Source: Vicugna vicugna (taxonomy: Eukaryota). From it: a stretch of 64,000 nucleotides of DNA. Each line of letters begins with the position of its first letter. The first letter of the stretch is position 1. Under the pieces are notes generated by a model. The model did not search any database, had not been told where the DNA came from, and saw only the letters and a list, made by a program, of their open reading frames with translations. Positions 1-10,007 of this stretch are shown piece by piece. A program made the translations under genes and the position numbers. Location: contig MU058781.1 in assembly GCA_013265495.1 (NCBI GenBank), positions 600,963 through 664,962 of the forward strand, read 5' to 3'.

Positions 1-126
1 TAGGAAATTATTGGGTCACCCAAGAATTAAGACAATTAATAGAGTTAAAAAAAAAAAAAGGAAGGAAGGAAGAACTAGAGTCAGGAAGTGAGAGAGAATA
101 ACCTCTATCAAAATATTTTCGAAAGC

Positions 127-222
127 TCTTTGAAAGAGGGACCCTGACTTCCTCATGTTTCTATCTCAAGGACCGGGCGCAGAGCTTGGCACACAGTTGG
201 TCCTGAATAAATACAGTGAATT
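127..222 (+). mobile_element. L2 LINE 3' end fragment
   Basis: cttggcacacagttggtcctgaataaatacagtgaat resembles the L2 terminus (cctggcacatagtaggcgctcaataaatatttgttgaat). Confidence 0.6.
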
Positions 223-340
223 TAGAGAAGAAAGGATTACAAGGTTTGGCATCAGCTAATCATTTGCACTTGAGTTTGATTAGCTCTTTGGTTGAGTACT
301 TACATTCTAAGATACAGCCACCCGCCTCCAGCTGGTCCCA

Positions 341-500
341 GGTTCCCGCTTTCCGCGCGAGATCCCCTCTTCCCGCGCGAGGTTCCCTCTTCCCGCGCGA
401 GGTTCCCTCTTCCCTCGGGAGGTTCCGTCTTCCCGCGCGAGGTTCCCTCTTCCTCGCGAGGTTCCCTGTTCCCGCGCGAGGTTGCGCTTCCCGTGCGGCA
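341..500 (+). repeat. Minisatellite, about 8 copies of a 20-bp unit GGTTCCCTCTTCCCGCGCGA
   Basis: Units start at 341, 361, 381, 401, 421, 441 (19 bp), 460 and 480 (degenerate). Confidence 0.95.
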
Positions 501-588
501 GGTGGACCGAAGTTGCTGCGTCATCTTGTTTGAGGTACTTGGGCATCCTCGGATTTCAGTGATTTTAGTAACCGCAGAGTTGGCAGGC

Positions 589-670
589 GGGTGGTGGGAA
601 GGGGAGGTGGGTAGGAAGGTGGAGGAGACGGCCAGAGGGAGAGGGGCGGGAAGGGGGCGGTAGGGTGGGG
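589..670 (+). other. G-rich tract with G-quadruplex potential
   Basis: Many GGG/GGGG runs with short loops (gggtggtgggaaggggaggtggg ... ggggcgggaagggggcggtagggtgggg). Confidence 0.6.
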
Positions 671-1054
671 ATGAGTCCCTGGGCCAGTCCCTGGCCCTAA
701 AATCTGTTTGTTTAAAATTGAATGAAGGTCTATTATATCTTCTCTTTAGCTTTTTAAGAAAACACTTTTTAATACGTTGGCCCACCGAGCTTATGTGCTA
801 CCAGAAATTTTCTGCTGTAAAATTTAAGGCAAACACATGGAGTCAAGGATATCTGTATATTAACCTGGGTCATAAAAAATTGTAGACATTGAACATTTTT
901 GACTGACAAAAATAGTGCTCTCATGTGACACAACCTAATACGTAATTAGTGCTGAAGCAGTTAAATATATAAGTGTGTAAAACTCAGTCTGTTTTGTTAG
1001 ACCTCATTCTGGAAAACAGAGACCTTACAGTAAGTTTTAATGGGAATTCAGTTT

Positions 1055-1885
1055 AATGTAGAAGAGCCATGGCTTTGGAATCAGCAAGACTTGAGTTTGA
1101 ATGCAGGAGCTACCAAACAGTCTTGTTGATGCAGGAAAACAGATGTGGGGCGTGAGGAGTGCCGTGTCCCATGTGTTAGTGGAGCCCCTGGGACATGCCC
1201 CACCAGGTGTGGGTCCTTGGCTTCACATAGGAAAGAATTCAAGTGTGAACCACGGTTGAGTGAAGATTTATTTAGAGTGATACATGCTGCACAGAGTGTA
1301 AGGCAAGAGAAAGGCAAGGATAGAGGTGTGGGAATTGGGTGCTCAGGTTAAAGTAAAAGTAGGTACACACTCCACAGACAGAGTGCAGGCCCTCTCCAGA
1401 AGAGGAGGGAATGAAAAAAAAGGGGCTGCTAGACGTCTTATTGCCAGTTTTTATAGGCTCAGTAGCTTCACACGCCTGCAGGTGGGACCATTCCAGCTAC
1501 CCTGGGGAAGGGGCTGGGATTCCCAGGAATTGGGCCACTGCCCATTCTTTGGCCTTTTGTGGTTAGCCTTGGGCCTGTCATGGCACCTGCAGGCATGTTA
1601 TTTATCACACTGTTACAGTGAGTGTATAATGAAGCTCAGGGTCTGCTAGAAGTCAAACATCCTGCCAGTTTAATCCTCAGGGCCAACTGGAAGTGAATCT
1701 TCCATTTTGGTGTTAAATTACTGTCATTCTTTAAGTGGCTGTGCCATGCTCCCTTCCCTCCTGTCTTGTTGTGACCTCCTTAAAATTAACCAGTTCTCTG
1801 AAATTTAGTTTCCCCGTTCAAAAATTGGGGCAGTAGTATTTTCTTATAGGGTGTAATATGGATTAAGTGGAAATATTTATGTAAC
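1055..1885 (+). mobile_element. MIR SINE split by an LTR insertion (pieces about 1055-1126 and 1769-1885)
   Basis: catggctttggaatcagcaagacttgagtttgaat ... tgtgacctcc...ctctgaaatttagtttcccc...aaaattggggcagtagtatt...tatagggtgt follows the MIR core on both sides of the LTR. Confidence 0.7.
1127..1768 (-). mobile_element. Solo LTR, ERV1-class
   Basis: 642 bp with 4-bp TSD TTGT at 1123-1126 and 1769-1772; TG at the left end; minus-strand TATA (cctataaaa, about 1450) and AATAAA (about 1266-1271). Confidence 0.8.
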
Positions 1886-2149
1886 ATCTGTATCTAGGTC
1901 TATTACATATTTAAATAAAAAAATTAAATGAAGATTTTTCTGAGACAAACTAGTGTTTCCAACTTACTGTAGTTTCTCTATATCAGGTAAATCCCCAAAT
2001 TGTCAAAATGAAGGGACAAGGAGGCACTGGAGAAAAGAGAACTAAATCATACACATACAGAGATACACACACACTACCACACTTAGCCCTATATTATAAA
2101 TGCCAAACTTGTGACAGAAGAAAGGAAAAGATGAGACTTGATGGGATAA

Positions 2150-2295
2150 GATTTTCCCTGAAATAATGAGTTCCCTATCTTTGAAAATGATAAAGAAGCA
2201 ACCAAAATTTTACCTGCCAAAGATTTGTAAGAGGTGTTCTACTTTGGGTTGGATGTTGGGATAGATTTCATTTAATATGTAAGGTTCTATGATTG
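2150..2295 (+). mobile_element. L3/CR1 LINE 3' end
   Basis: taatgagttccctatctttgaaaatg ... ttgggttggatgttgggatagat ... ggttctatgatt matches the L3 terminus pattern. Confidence 0.6.
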
Positions 2296-3289
2296 TACAG
2301 AAACTTAAAAGTGCAGTTCAGAACAAGTCAAGTATTTTTAGTTTTGCAAAATGTACTTAAAAGAAAACAAGCCAACTTCTATAAAAGGCTCAAATGATTT
2401 CTTAGAAATCAGATAGCTCTTGCACAAGAGCTGTTTGATGACTAAAATATAAATGAATCAGAAACATATGGATTAAGTTTCTTATGAAATACAATAAGAG
2501 GAAAGTAGTGCTTGGCCAAAATCTTTTTGGGCTTCTTGAACCAAAAATCTTTGGAAAATTGTTCAAGATGTTTTAATGACCCCAAAAAGCAGTTGGATTT
2601 ACTCTGGCCTGCTATAAGCAATTTGAAGCCTTTCATTTCCTTTTTCTATTGTCTCTGGACAAAGTTCAATTCAATTTTCTACCAGCTGTTGACTGTTTAG
2701 TACAATGACTTTTTACTGTTGTTTTAAGTATGTTTGCTTGTTTTATACATTTGAGGGGAAAAAGACAAAAAAGTTTCAAGTATTTAATATTTCAAACTAT
2801 TTGTCATTACTATTACATTTTATCCCAGAATGTCTTTGTTTGACAAATTGTTTGACTTAAGGGTGAAATTAATAATATCAATGGAGTAGAGAGTTGCTAA
2901 AGTAGAAGGGCCTGCAAACAAATCTCCAAGGGCAGTGCAATATTTGATGCAAATAACATTGGTTTGAGTATTTAATAGAGAAAATGGGAATTTAGAAATA
3001 AAAATACCACTGGGAAATATCATGTTGAAGCAGAAGCTATGTGTCAGTTAGAATGTACCCCTAATAGTGGAATCCAATATAAAAATTGAAGTTCCTGAAA
3101 ACTGTTAAAAATTTAATTCATTTTTATCTTACTTAATTGTTTTAAAATTTCTTTATTGTAAACATCAGAATTTTTTGTAACTGGCATGAAATATTAAAAA
3201 TATTGTTTTGGACTTTCTTTACAAAATGATACCCAGTTCACTAGCAAATTTTCACCAAGGAAAATTTTTCATAGAAATTTCCCCTCCAG

Positions 3290-3532
3290 ATTGGTACAAG
3301 AGAGGGTCATTGGATTATTCTCTGAATTTAAAGCATGTGAGCAAGATGATGAATTCAAACATGTATTGACTAAAATAAAAAAATATTGTAGTGTTTCTGT
3401 CCATGAGAATTTTCTTGTACAAAAATAATCAGGATTTTGCTTTAGTCCTTTCTTTCATCCTGCAAACAAAATGTGGCAGACAAGAATTTTCAATGCAGTG
3501 AAAAACATCAGAAAACAGACCAATGCTAAATG
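3290..3532 (+). ncRNA. Candidate non-coding exon within the transposase fossil
   Basis: Acceptor tttcccctccag| before 3290 and donor ATG|GTATGT at 3533; no transcript evidence. Confidence 0.3.
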
Positions 3533-3770
3533 GTATGTACTACATGCTAACAATTGCTCTAAGAGACTTCTACTTATGTTAATTTGTTAACCCTCACAAT
3601 AACCCCAAAAAGTAGATACTTTTCTTAATCCCATTTTACAGATTTAGAAAGAAAGACACACACAAGTTAGATAACTTTTTTAAGGTAATATATCTCATAA
3701 GTGGGAGAGCTGGGATTCAGATGTAAGCAGTCTGGATCTACAGTATTCAAACTTCAACACCCTGCATTAT
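3533..3770 (-). mobile_element. MIR SINE
   Basis: cctcacaataaccc...cccattttacagat...gagctgggattcagatgtaagcagtctgg is the reverse MIR core. Confidence 0.8.
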
Positions 3771-3789
3771 ATTCATTATGTAACAACAC

Positions 3790-4130
3790 ACAATTCTTAA
3801 AGGAATTCAGAGTAGGCAAAAATTACAGGTTTTCTTCATGGAAAAGGCAGCAGTGAATGGTAAGATTCCTTTAAGTGAAGTAGAGTATTTCTGTGAGGGG
3901 GAATCAACTTTCAAAAGTGTGTGGCTGTGGAAAATCCTATGGTAAATTCAGAATACAGTGAGTAGGTCAATTTGATTTGAGCTGAGATTCTGAATATTAG
4001 ATAAATGGAAAGTTAGGTTTAACAGTTTTAGTTGGGCCATGTTGTATATAGGGTCTTGAATACTAAATCAAGTTGGTTTCTATGTTATAGGAAATGGCTA
4101 TTCAAAAAGAGATTTTGAGGGGACATGCCA
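3790..4130 (-). mobile_element. L2 LINE fragment
   Basis: agttgggccatgttgtatatagggtcttgaatac...ataggaaatggctattc...gattttgagggg resembles reverse L2. Confidence 0.5.
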
Positions 4131-4199
4131 GTAACCTAGAAGCATTCTGATAAATGATGAGAAAACTAAGATATACAAGCAAAAAAAAAAAGGCAGAAA

Positions 4200-5255
4200 T
4201 GAACATAGTTGTCAGAAATGAGAGCCTATAATCTTTGTTATTAAATAGGATATTTAGAAGAAGAGAGTATGGGAAAACATCAGAATATCAGTATTTATGG
4301 AGATCCTAAGTGGAATTTTTTCAGAATTGGTGAAGATAAGAGTCCTCAAATGGTAAGAGCATTTTGAGAATCAAATAGTTTGAATAAAAGTAAATCCATC
4401 TCCAGATATTTGGTAATAAAATAACATTGAGAAAAAATAGTTAAGATTATTAGAGAGGAAAAAAAGATTACATTCAAAGTAGTAGATATGGAAGTCTTAA
4501 AAAAATGAAATCAGAAGTTTTAATAAATTTAGAACTATTAACATTTCAACATAAATGTTGGAGTTAAAAAGACAAAAATGTTGATTAGAAGTTTGATGCT
4601 AGTAATTGGAAATGAGGTAAATGGAAATTCAGGCTGGCTAATTCCATTTATATATTGTAAGAGAAGAGAAGTGCAAAATAATTTTAGACTTTTTCTAAAA
4701 ATTTTTACATATAACTAACTGTATGTGAAACATTTAACACTAACAATTAAAACAATAAAAATGTAATCTGTAGGTTCTGAACCAGGGGAGGGAAAAAAGA
4801 ATAAACAAAAAATTTAGAAAACAAAAACAAATAGTAAAGAGAAGATCAAACAGACCATAATCACAATGAATCAGAAGGAGCTAAACTCACTATTTAAAAG
4901 AATGAATATTTGCTTAGATGTTAAACAGGACTTAAGAAATCCAGCTCTGTGCTCTTAAAAGAGACACACTTGAAACAGAACTACCTAAAATATTTGAAAT
5001 CAAAGAAGTAGAAGTAGTTAAAACAGATATGTGCTACTAAAAGGTAAGCTACCATAGCGGTGATTAATATCAGATAAAGGACTTTCAGGTCGAATGAATG
5101 AATTGGGATAAAGGAAGAAAATACTAAGCAGGTAGAAATATCAAGAACTTACATGTATCCAGTAAAGTAGCATCAAAAATGAACAAATCAAAGTCTGTCA
5201 GAATTAAAAGGAAAAAAATAGAAGAATACAATGTCCTTAGTAAGGCTAAAAATGT
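4200..5255 (+). mobile_element. Old L1 (L1M/L1ME), end of ORF1 to ORF2 endonuclease region
   Basis: A-rich; ctaaactcactatttaaaaga...ccagctctgtgctcttaaaagagacacacttgaa...gattaatatcagataaaggactttcagg matches the start of L1 ORF2. Confidence 0.75.
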
Positions 5256-5258
5256 AAT

Positions 5259-5338
5259 TGTATATAGATACATATGCATGTATATTATGTATATATGTGT
5301 GTGTGTATATACATATATATATAGATATATATATAATA
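5259..5338. repeat. Imperfect (TA/TG)n microsatellite
   Basis: Directly visible. Confidence 0.85.
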
Positions 5339-5483
5339 TTTTCCCAAGTTCCTAAGTGCTCGTGGAACATTATAGTTGTTTACTCAGCTGTTAAAGTGCC
5401 ACCTGCAGCCTTCAGTCAACGCCCATTTGGACTGTCTGATAGAAAGTTACTTTACAGTCCTGATCAGCCTTCAGAGGATGACA

Positions 5484-6015
5484 GGTGGTAGTGTGTTGCC
5501 CAGGATGGTTGCACCACGACCTCCTCAAGCACATGCTCTTCTTACAGTGTGATGTCAATGCTTCTCCCACAGAGAAGTGGGATCCTTGTTTCTTCTCTTG
5601 TAAGGGTAAGAATGTGACTGTAGTAGAAGTGACACTCTTTGGCCCTGTGATTTCTGAGGCTAGGTCATAAAAAACAGTGCAGCTTCTGCCTGGTTCTCTT
5701 GAGATGCTTGCTCTTAGACCCCTGTGACCGTGCGAGGAAGCCCAAGCCATATGTGAACGTCATACGTAGCTGTTTTCGCTGACAGCCCCTGCTCAGGTCC
5801 CAGATTGAGCAGGATGGCTTTTCTTGACATAGCTCTAGGGCCAGTCATTGTCAGGGCCAGTCATTGTCAGAGTGCAAAAGTGTGAGAGTACCTGGACCAG
5901 CTCATTGAGCCTAACCAGCTCCTCAAACTATAAAATACATAGTGAAGTGACTGTGGGTGATTTACCTGCTGAGTTGGGGGGTTATTTGTTACACAGGAAG
6001 AGATAACTGGAATGT
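5484..6015 (+). mobile_element. MaLR LTR (MLT1G/H-like)
   Basis: Begins gtggtag..cccaggatgg..cacatgctcttct; contains tctgaggctaggtcataaaa and gaggaagcccaagcca; ends ttatttgttacacaggaagagataactggaa. Confidence 0.85.
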
Positions 6016-6377
6016 CATTGTGGCTAGTTTTGTCTTGAAATATGTTGTTTTCTCTTTGGGTTACAATTCTGGGGGGTACCTTCTTGTTTTCTTGTAGAAA
6101 AGGTGTCTGATTGCTTGAGATGCTTCCTTTTTGATCCTGCTGCAGGTTCTTATATACTAGTTACAATGTGCTGTGTAAGACTAATTCCCTTTATCTTACT
6201 ATCCTTTTTCTTTTTCTTCATTCTATTAATATTATCTTGAGATTGGTACCAGAATGAGGCCACTAGCTAAGTGGTTCCTTGCTGGTAAAAATTTCAAGAT
6301 GTCATCAAATAATTTGCTCTGTTATAATTTTATGTCAACACATCAGAAGCTAAAGTATCTGGAATTTTTGTGGGTTC

Positions 6378-6502
6378 TTTTTTTGTTTTATTGACACACA
6401 GCACTGTAGAAGTTTAAGGTGGATAGCATAACAACTTGACATATATATGCAGCAAAATGATCACCACGATAAGTTTAGTTTTAACTCTATCACCTCATAA
6501 GT
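6378..6502 (-). mobile_element. L1MA-type 3' end fragment
   Basis: T-run followed by cactgtagaagtttaaggt...aaaatgatcaccacgataagtttagtt. Confidence 0.7.
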
Positions 6503-8234
6503 GTTTGTAATTGCTGTTGAATGATTGTGATAATATCCTGAAGATCTGTGGTATGAGTTGGAATCATAATGTTAAAATTCCTGTTCCTCAGCAAAGTTTA
6601 ACTAAGAGCCAAACTTTGGGAAAGTTTTCACCATACCTAGAAATATGATGGAAAATTGACTGAAAGTAAGTTTTCTAATGGAGAAACCAGGGAAAGGAGA
6701 GGTGCTGTCCATTTTTTCAACTTTTTTTCCTATGTGTTAATTGTGAATAATTTCATTATCATTGGCATCCAATGAGAATAAAGACAATTAAATCTTCAAA
6801 GTAGAGCAATAAGCTTTCTTCTCCCAGAGTTACAAGTTAGTATCAAATAATGTGATCTGTCAATTTACAGTAATTTGTAAGTGACAATTTTACCTTGGTT
6901 TTTTGGTCCACATAGGAAGACTGCACTCCCCCCAACCCCCAACCCTTCCTCTCTTTTAGGCTTTCTGCCTGTGGGTGTTAACATATTTTTCCCTACTTCA
7001 ACTAGCCATGTCTGAGCAGGGCAGCTGACCTTCAAAAGTAAATACGATTAAAGCTGAACAAATCAAGTAATTACAATAAAAACATGGCTTGACAAGCAAC
7101 CTCTGGACAGAATTACAGTTCTGTATACACACTACACATTCAATTAAAGTGATTGGAAATGAGGAAACCAGTGCCTTTACCTAACATTTTTAAGGTGCTG
7201 ACATTCTACCTTCTGCCATGGGTTAGAGAAGGATTAGGAGGAAAGGAAAATCTCTAGTGATGTTGTGCAAGCTTGTTGCCCTTGAAGTGTGGAACGGCGT
7301 TCTTTTTAGAGTCTGAATGTGTCCTTCGGTTTTAAAGGACTTTTTATTGTGTCATATTCTAAATTCTTTGTTCATATTACATATTATGTGTTAATCTATC
7401 ATTACTTCACAATTATTATTTTATGCATATGTGACTTTGCCCTATTATACAGATTTTGTACCATGTTTGCAGAGATATGATCACATGCTCTGCTACTTTG
7501 ACAAATGGCAAATAGGTAGATAGATGACTGTTAGAATCAAATCTTCAGGTAGGAACTACAGAAAATCTAGCTCACCCTTATTTTTAAAAAATTATTCAGT
7601 AATGTAATAGTATCTTAGTTAAACCAGTTGAAATCAACCTTACAATTTTATTTTGCCATACTTAATTTCATTATCTTTATTTTTTCCTCTTCATGAAAGT
7701 GAGCAATGGAAAATATCTAGTTTAATGAAATATTGTTTTGACAAGTCAAGGTTATATCAATACAACAAAATATATTCAAACCCACATAATTTAATTTCTT
7801 AATTTAACATTTCCAGAAACAACATTTTGTTGTTTGTTTGAAAAAATTTTCCATAATTTTGTCTATATTCTGTTATTACAGCTTTGTTTTGTTCTAAGTC
7901 ACTGTAAATTCCTAAATATTAATAATATGGTGATACAGATACAGTCATGAGGACATTCCTTTCAAAAATTGCTCTGGCTTGAAAAGTTTCATTGCTGTCA
8001 CACAGGTAATATTTCCTGCCAACCTGTCTTACAGTTTTGCTTTATTAATTGAATGGGGCAATGTGTATGAACTACTTGGTAAAGACTCATAAAACTATGC
8101 TACCCTTACTGTGCTGCTGTGCACATTTTAAAAGTGCCCCAAAGTAGCAACGACTGCTTTATGAAGGGGATATACGTGTTAATGCTTTGAACTTAATTTG
8201 AACTTTAATTCCACTGGTAGAGGGCTATCAAAAA

Positions 8235-8350
8235 ATTCTCCCATTAACTAGTTATGTGGCCTTAGATAAGTCTTTTCCCTTCTCAGCTGTATCTATAAAA
8301 TGGAGCTGAAAAAATTAAGCTATACTGTAGATATCACAGATTACGTGAAG
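8235..8350 (+). mobile_element. MIR fragment
   Basis: ccattaactagttatgtggccttagataagtc...tatctataaaatggag. Confidence 0.6.
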
Positions 8351-8551
8351 GCAAGTATTCATTATGATTTTATGTCAGTACACAGTTACAGAATATAAGT
8401 AATCAGTATTACATTTAACAACATTTTATCATGAAAACTGGGGGGAAAAAAGCAAATCCCACAGACACACCACCTACTTAATATTTTATTATACTTCCTT
8501 TATCATATATGTATCTTTCATCAAGATTCCCATTATAATAAAAATAAAAAA

Positions 8552-8670
8552 TTTTAGACCTGGCAAGACCTTAAATATTATATAATCCATTCTCTTCCTT
8601 TTATGGATTCTGGAACCAAAGTCCATAGGGTAGAAGTAACTTGCAAACTGTAAGCTGCTCATAGTTGAAA
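8552..8670 (-). mobile_element. MIR fragment
   Basis: ttttagacctggcaagaccttaaatatt...ttttatggat...gaagtaacttgc. Confidence 0.5.
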
Positions 8671-8713
8671 ACTACATTTTTTGGAATGATTTTGTTGTTT
8701 ATTTTTTTAACAG

Positions 8714-8772
8714 ATGTTCAGAGCTGCAGCTACATGACCAAAAATCATTTTAAGTAAAAACAGGCAGAAAGG
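8714..8772 (+). ncRNA. Candidate 59-nt non-coding exon
   Basis: Acceptor ttgtttatttttttaacag| and donor AGG|GTAATT. Confidence 0.3.
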
Positions 8773-9892
8773 GTAATTTTTTTCCCCATATCTACACTAC
8801 ATATTGGATTTTCTGTGGAGAGAGCTGTAGGTGAGAGGTAAAACTCATTCTCGCACCCCACCGCACATTTTCTATAAGTGTGTCCACATGCTGGTGACTG
8901 TCCACTGCTCTTAAACCTTCCCATCCTTCAGCTCAGCGTTAGCTTGTGAAAAATTGCGTCTGTCAGAGATGTAAAAATAATTATGCCCACCTTGATCTTT
9001 TCTATTTAATAATTTGGGCCATGGATTGGTAACCTTTATTTTGCCTACTGTGCAGTCATAAATTACTTTTATAGATCAAGAGAATTTGAACTTTCAAAAC
9101 TGCTGTTTTAGCTTAAAATGTTATGATTTAGATATTCTATTTATATTAGAGGAAATTAGTGACAACTGTAGTAAGCAATTTTATTTATTCCTCATTCAAG
9201 TTGTTGCCTTAGCATATGGTTACTTATCTCAAAATAGTAGTCTATCTACAGAGGAGAGTTTGACTATATGTGTGGGCACCAGGCACTTAAATAACCATAG
9301 AAATAATCCCGGACTTTGATGGTAATGTAAATGGCCTGCAATCTCATCAACTTACCACTTTGATCACTTAATATGTGGACTTCAAGAGACTCATTTGGAA
9401 TCTTTAAATCACATTCACTTTTATATTATGATACTTGAGAAGTTAAATAATCATATTTTTCCTTACACTAGAAAAGGCTACTACATTTTCAGATATGAAT
9501 GTCATGAAATAAACATTCTGGATTACTATTATTTTTCCAGGTCATTGACCTAAGAAGAAACACAAAACCATATAAACATGAGAAGACTGTCTACCTTCAA
9601 ACTACTACTCATATATAGTTTAATCGTTTATTATTTAATAATTTAAAATGAGTGTTTTGATTTAGTTTTTTTAGCTACTGCAGGCTGTGCTATTTAATAG
9701 CTGCTTCAGTACTATGAAGTACAGTTTCTTTGTATAAAAGCAACTTTATATGATAGACATAGTCATTCTTACACATATACGTTAGTGTTCAAATTAAAAT
9801 GTCTGAAGTATAAACGATTTACTTGAAAACTTACTGCTTTTATATTCTCTCATCTGATAAATGTGATACAACAATTTGTCAGGACATTTTAT

Positions 9893-10007
9893 TTTTTGGG
9901 GGGGAGGCAATTTATTTATTTATTTATTTTAATGAAAGTACTGGGGATCAGACCCAAGACCTCATGCATACTAAGCACACACTCTACCACTGAGCTATAC
10001 CCTCCCC
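9893..10007 (-). mobile_element. Camelid tRNA-derived SINE (vic-1 type)
   Basis: Reverse complement reads GGGGAGGGTATAGCTCAGTGGTAGAGTGTGTGCTTAGTATGCATGAGGTCTTGGGTCTGATCCCCAGTAC then (TAAA)n and CCTCCCCCC; TSD-like CAGGAYATTTTAT at 9880-9892 and 10012-10024. Confidence 0.9.

Larger units (their letters stand above)
320..680. promoter_or_regulatory. CpG-island promoter, possibly bidirectional
   Basis: Dense CpG in an AT-rich, CpG-poor background; repeated TTCCCGCG (E2F-type) motifs; TGCGTCA CRE-like site at 517-523; GGGGCGG GC boxes at about 643-660; + strand donor GAG|GTACTT at 535 and - strand donor AAT|GTAAGT at 303. Confidence 0.75.
725..5483 (+). pseudogene. Fragmented, decayed hAT-family transposase of the ZMYM1/THAP12/Zaphod type; blocks at about 725-1050, 2340-3532 and 5345-5483
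   Basis: Collinear + strand peptides with stops and frameshifts: TLNIF..QK.CSHV (886), ILENRDL (1006), QANFY (2368), INESETYGLS (2449), IFLGFL (2521), PFISFFYCLWTKFN (2629, degenerate CxxH region), ACKQISK (2910), LKFLY (3142), VTGM (3177), DDEFKHVLTKIKKYC (3345) and the hATC-like VYSAVKVPPAAFSQRPFGLSDRKLLYSPDQPSEDD (5378). Order matches the ZMYM1 C-terminal transposase region as recalled. Confidence 0.65.

Noticed and set aside
341..500. CRISPR-like array
   Set aside because: Head-to-tail repeats with no unique spacers, no cas genes, and a mammalian context
216..785. Four overlapping ORFs (79-161 aa) on both strands
   Set aside because: They are open because the GC-rich 20-bp minisatellite lacks stop codons; the peptides are repetitive with no recognisable domain
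725..5483. Assigning the symbol ZMYM1 to the fossil
   Set aside because: No MYM zinc-finger exons or known neighbours are visible and similarity is low, so a paralogue or transposon relic is more likely
9935..10007. tRNA gene on the minus strand
   Set aside because: Degenerate B-box/T-arm, followed by a SINE tail and flanked by a TSD-like repeat, so it is a SINE
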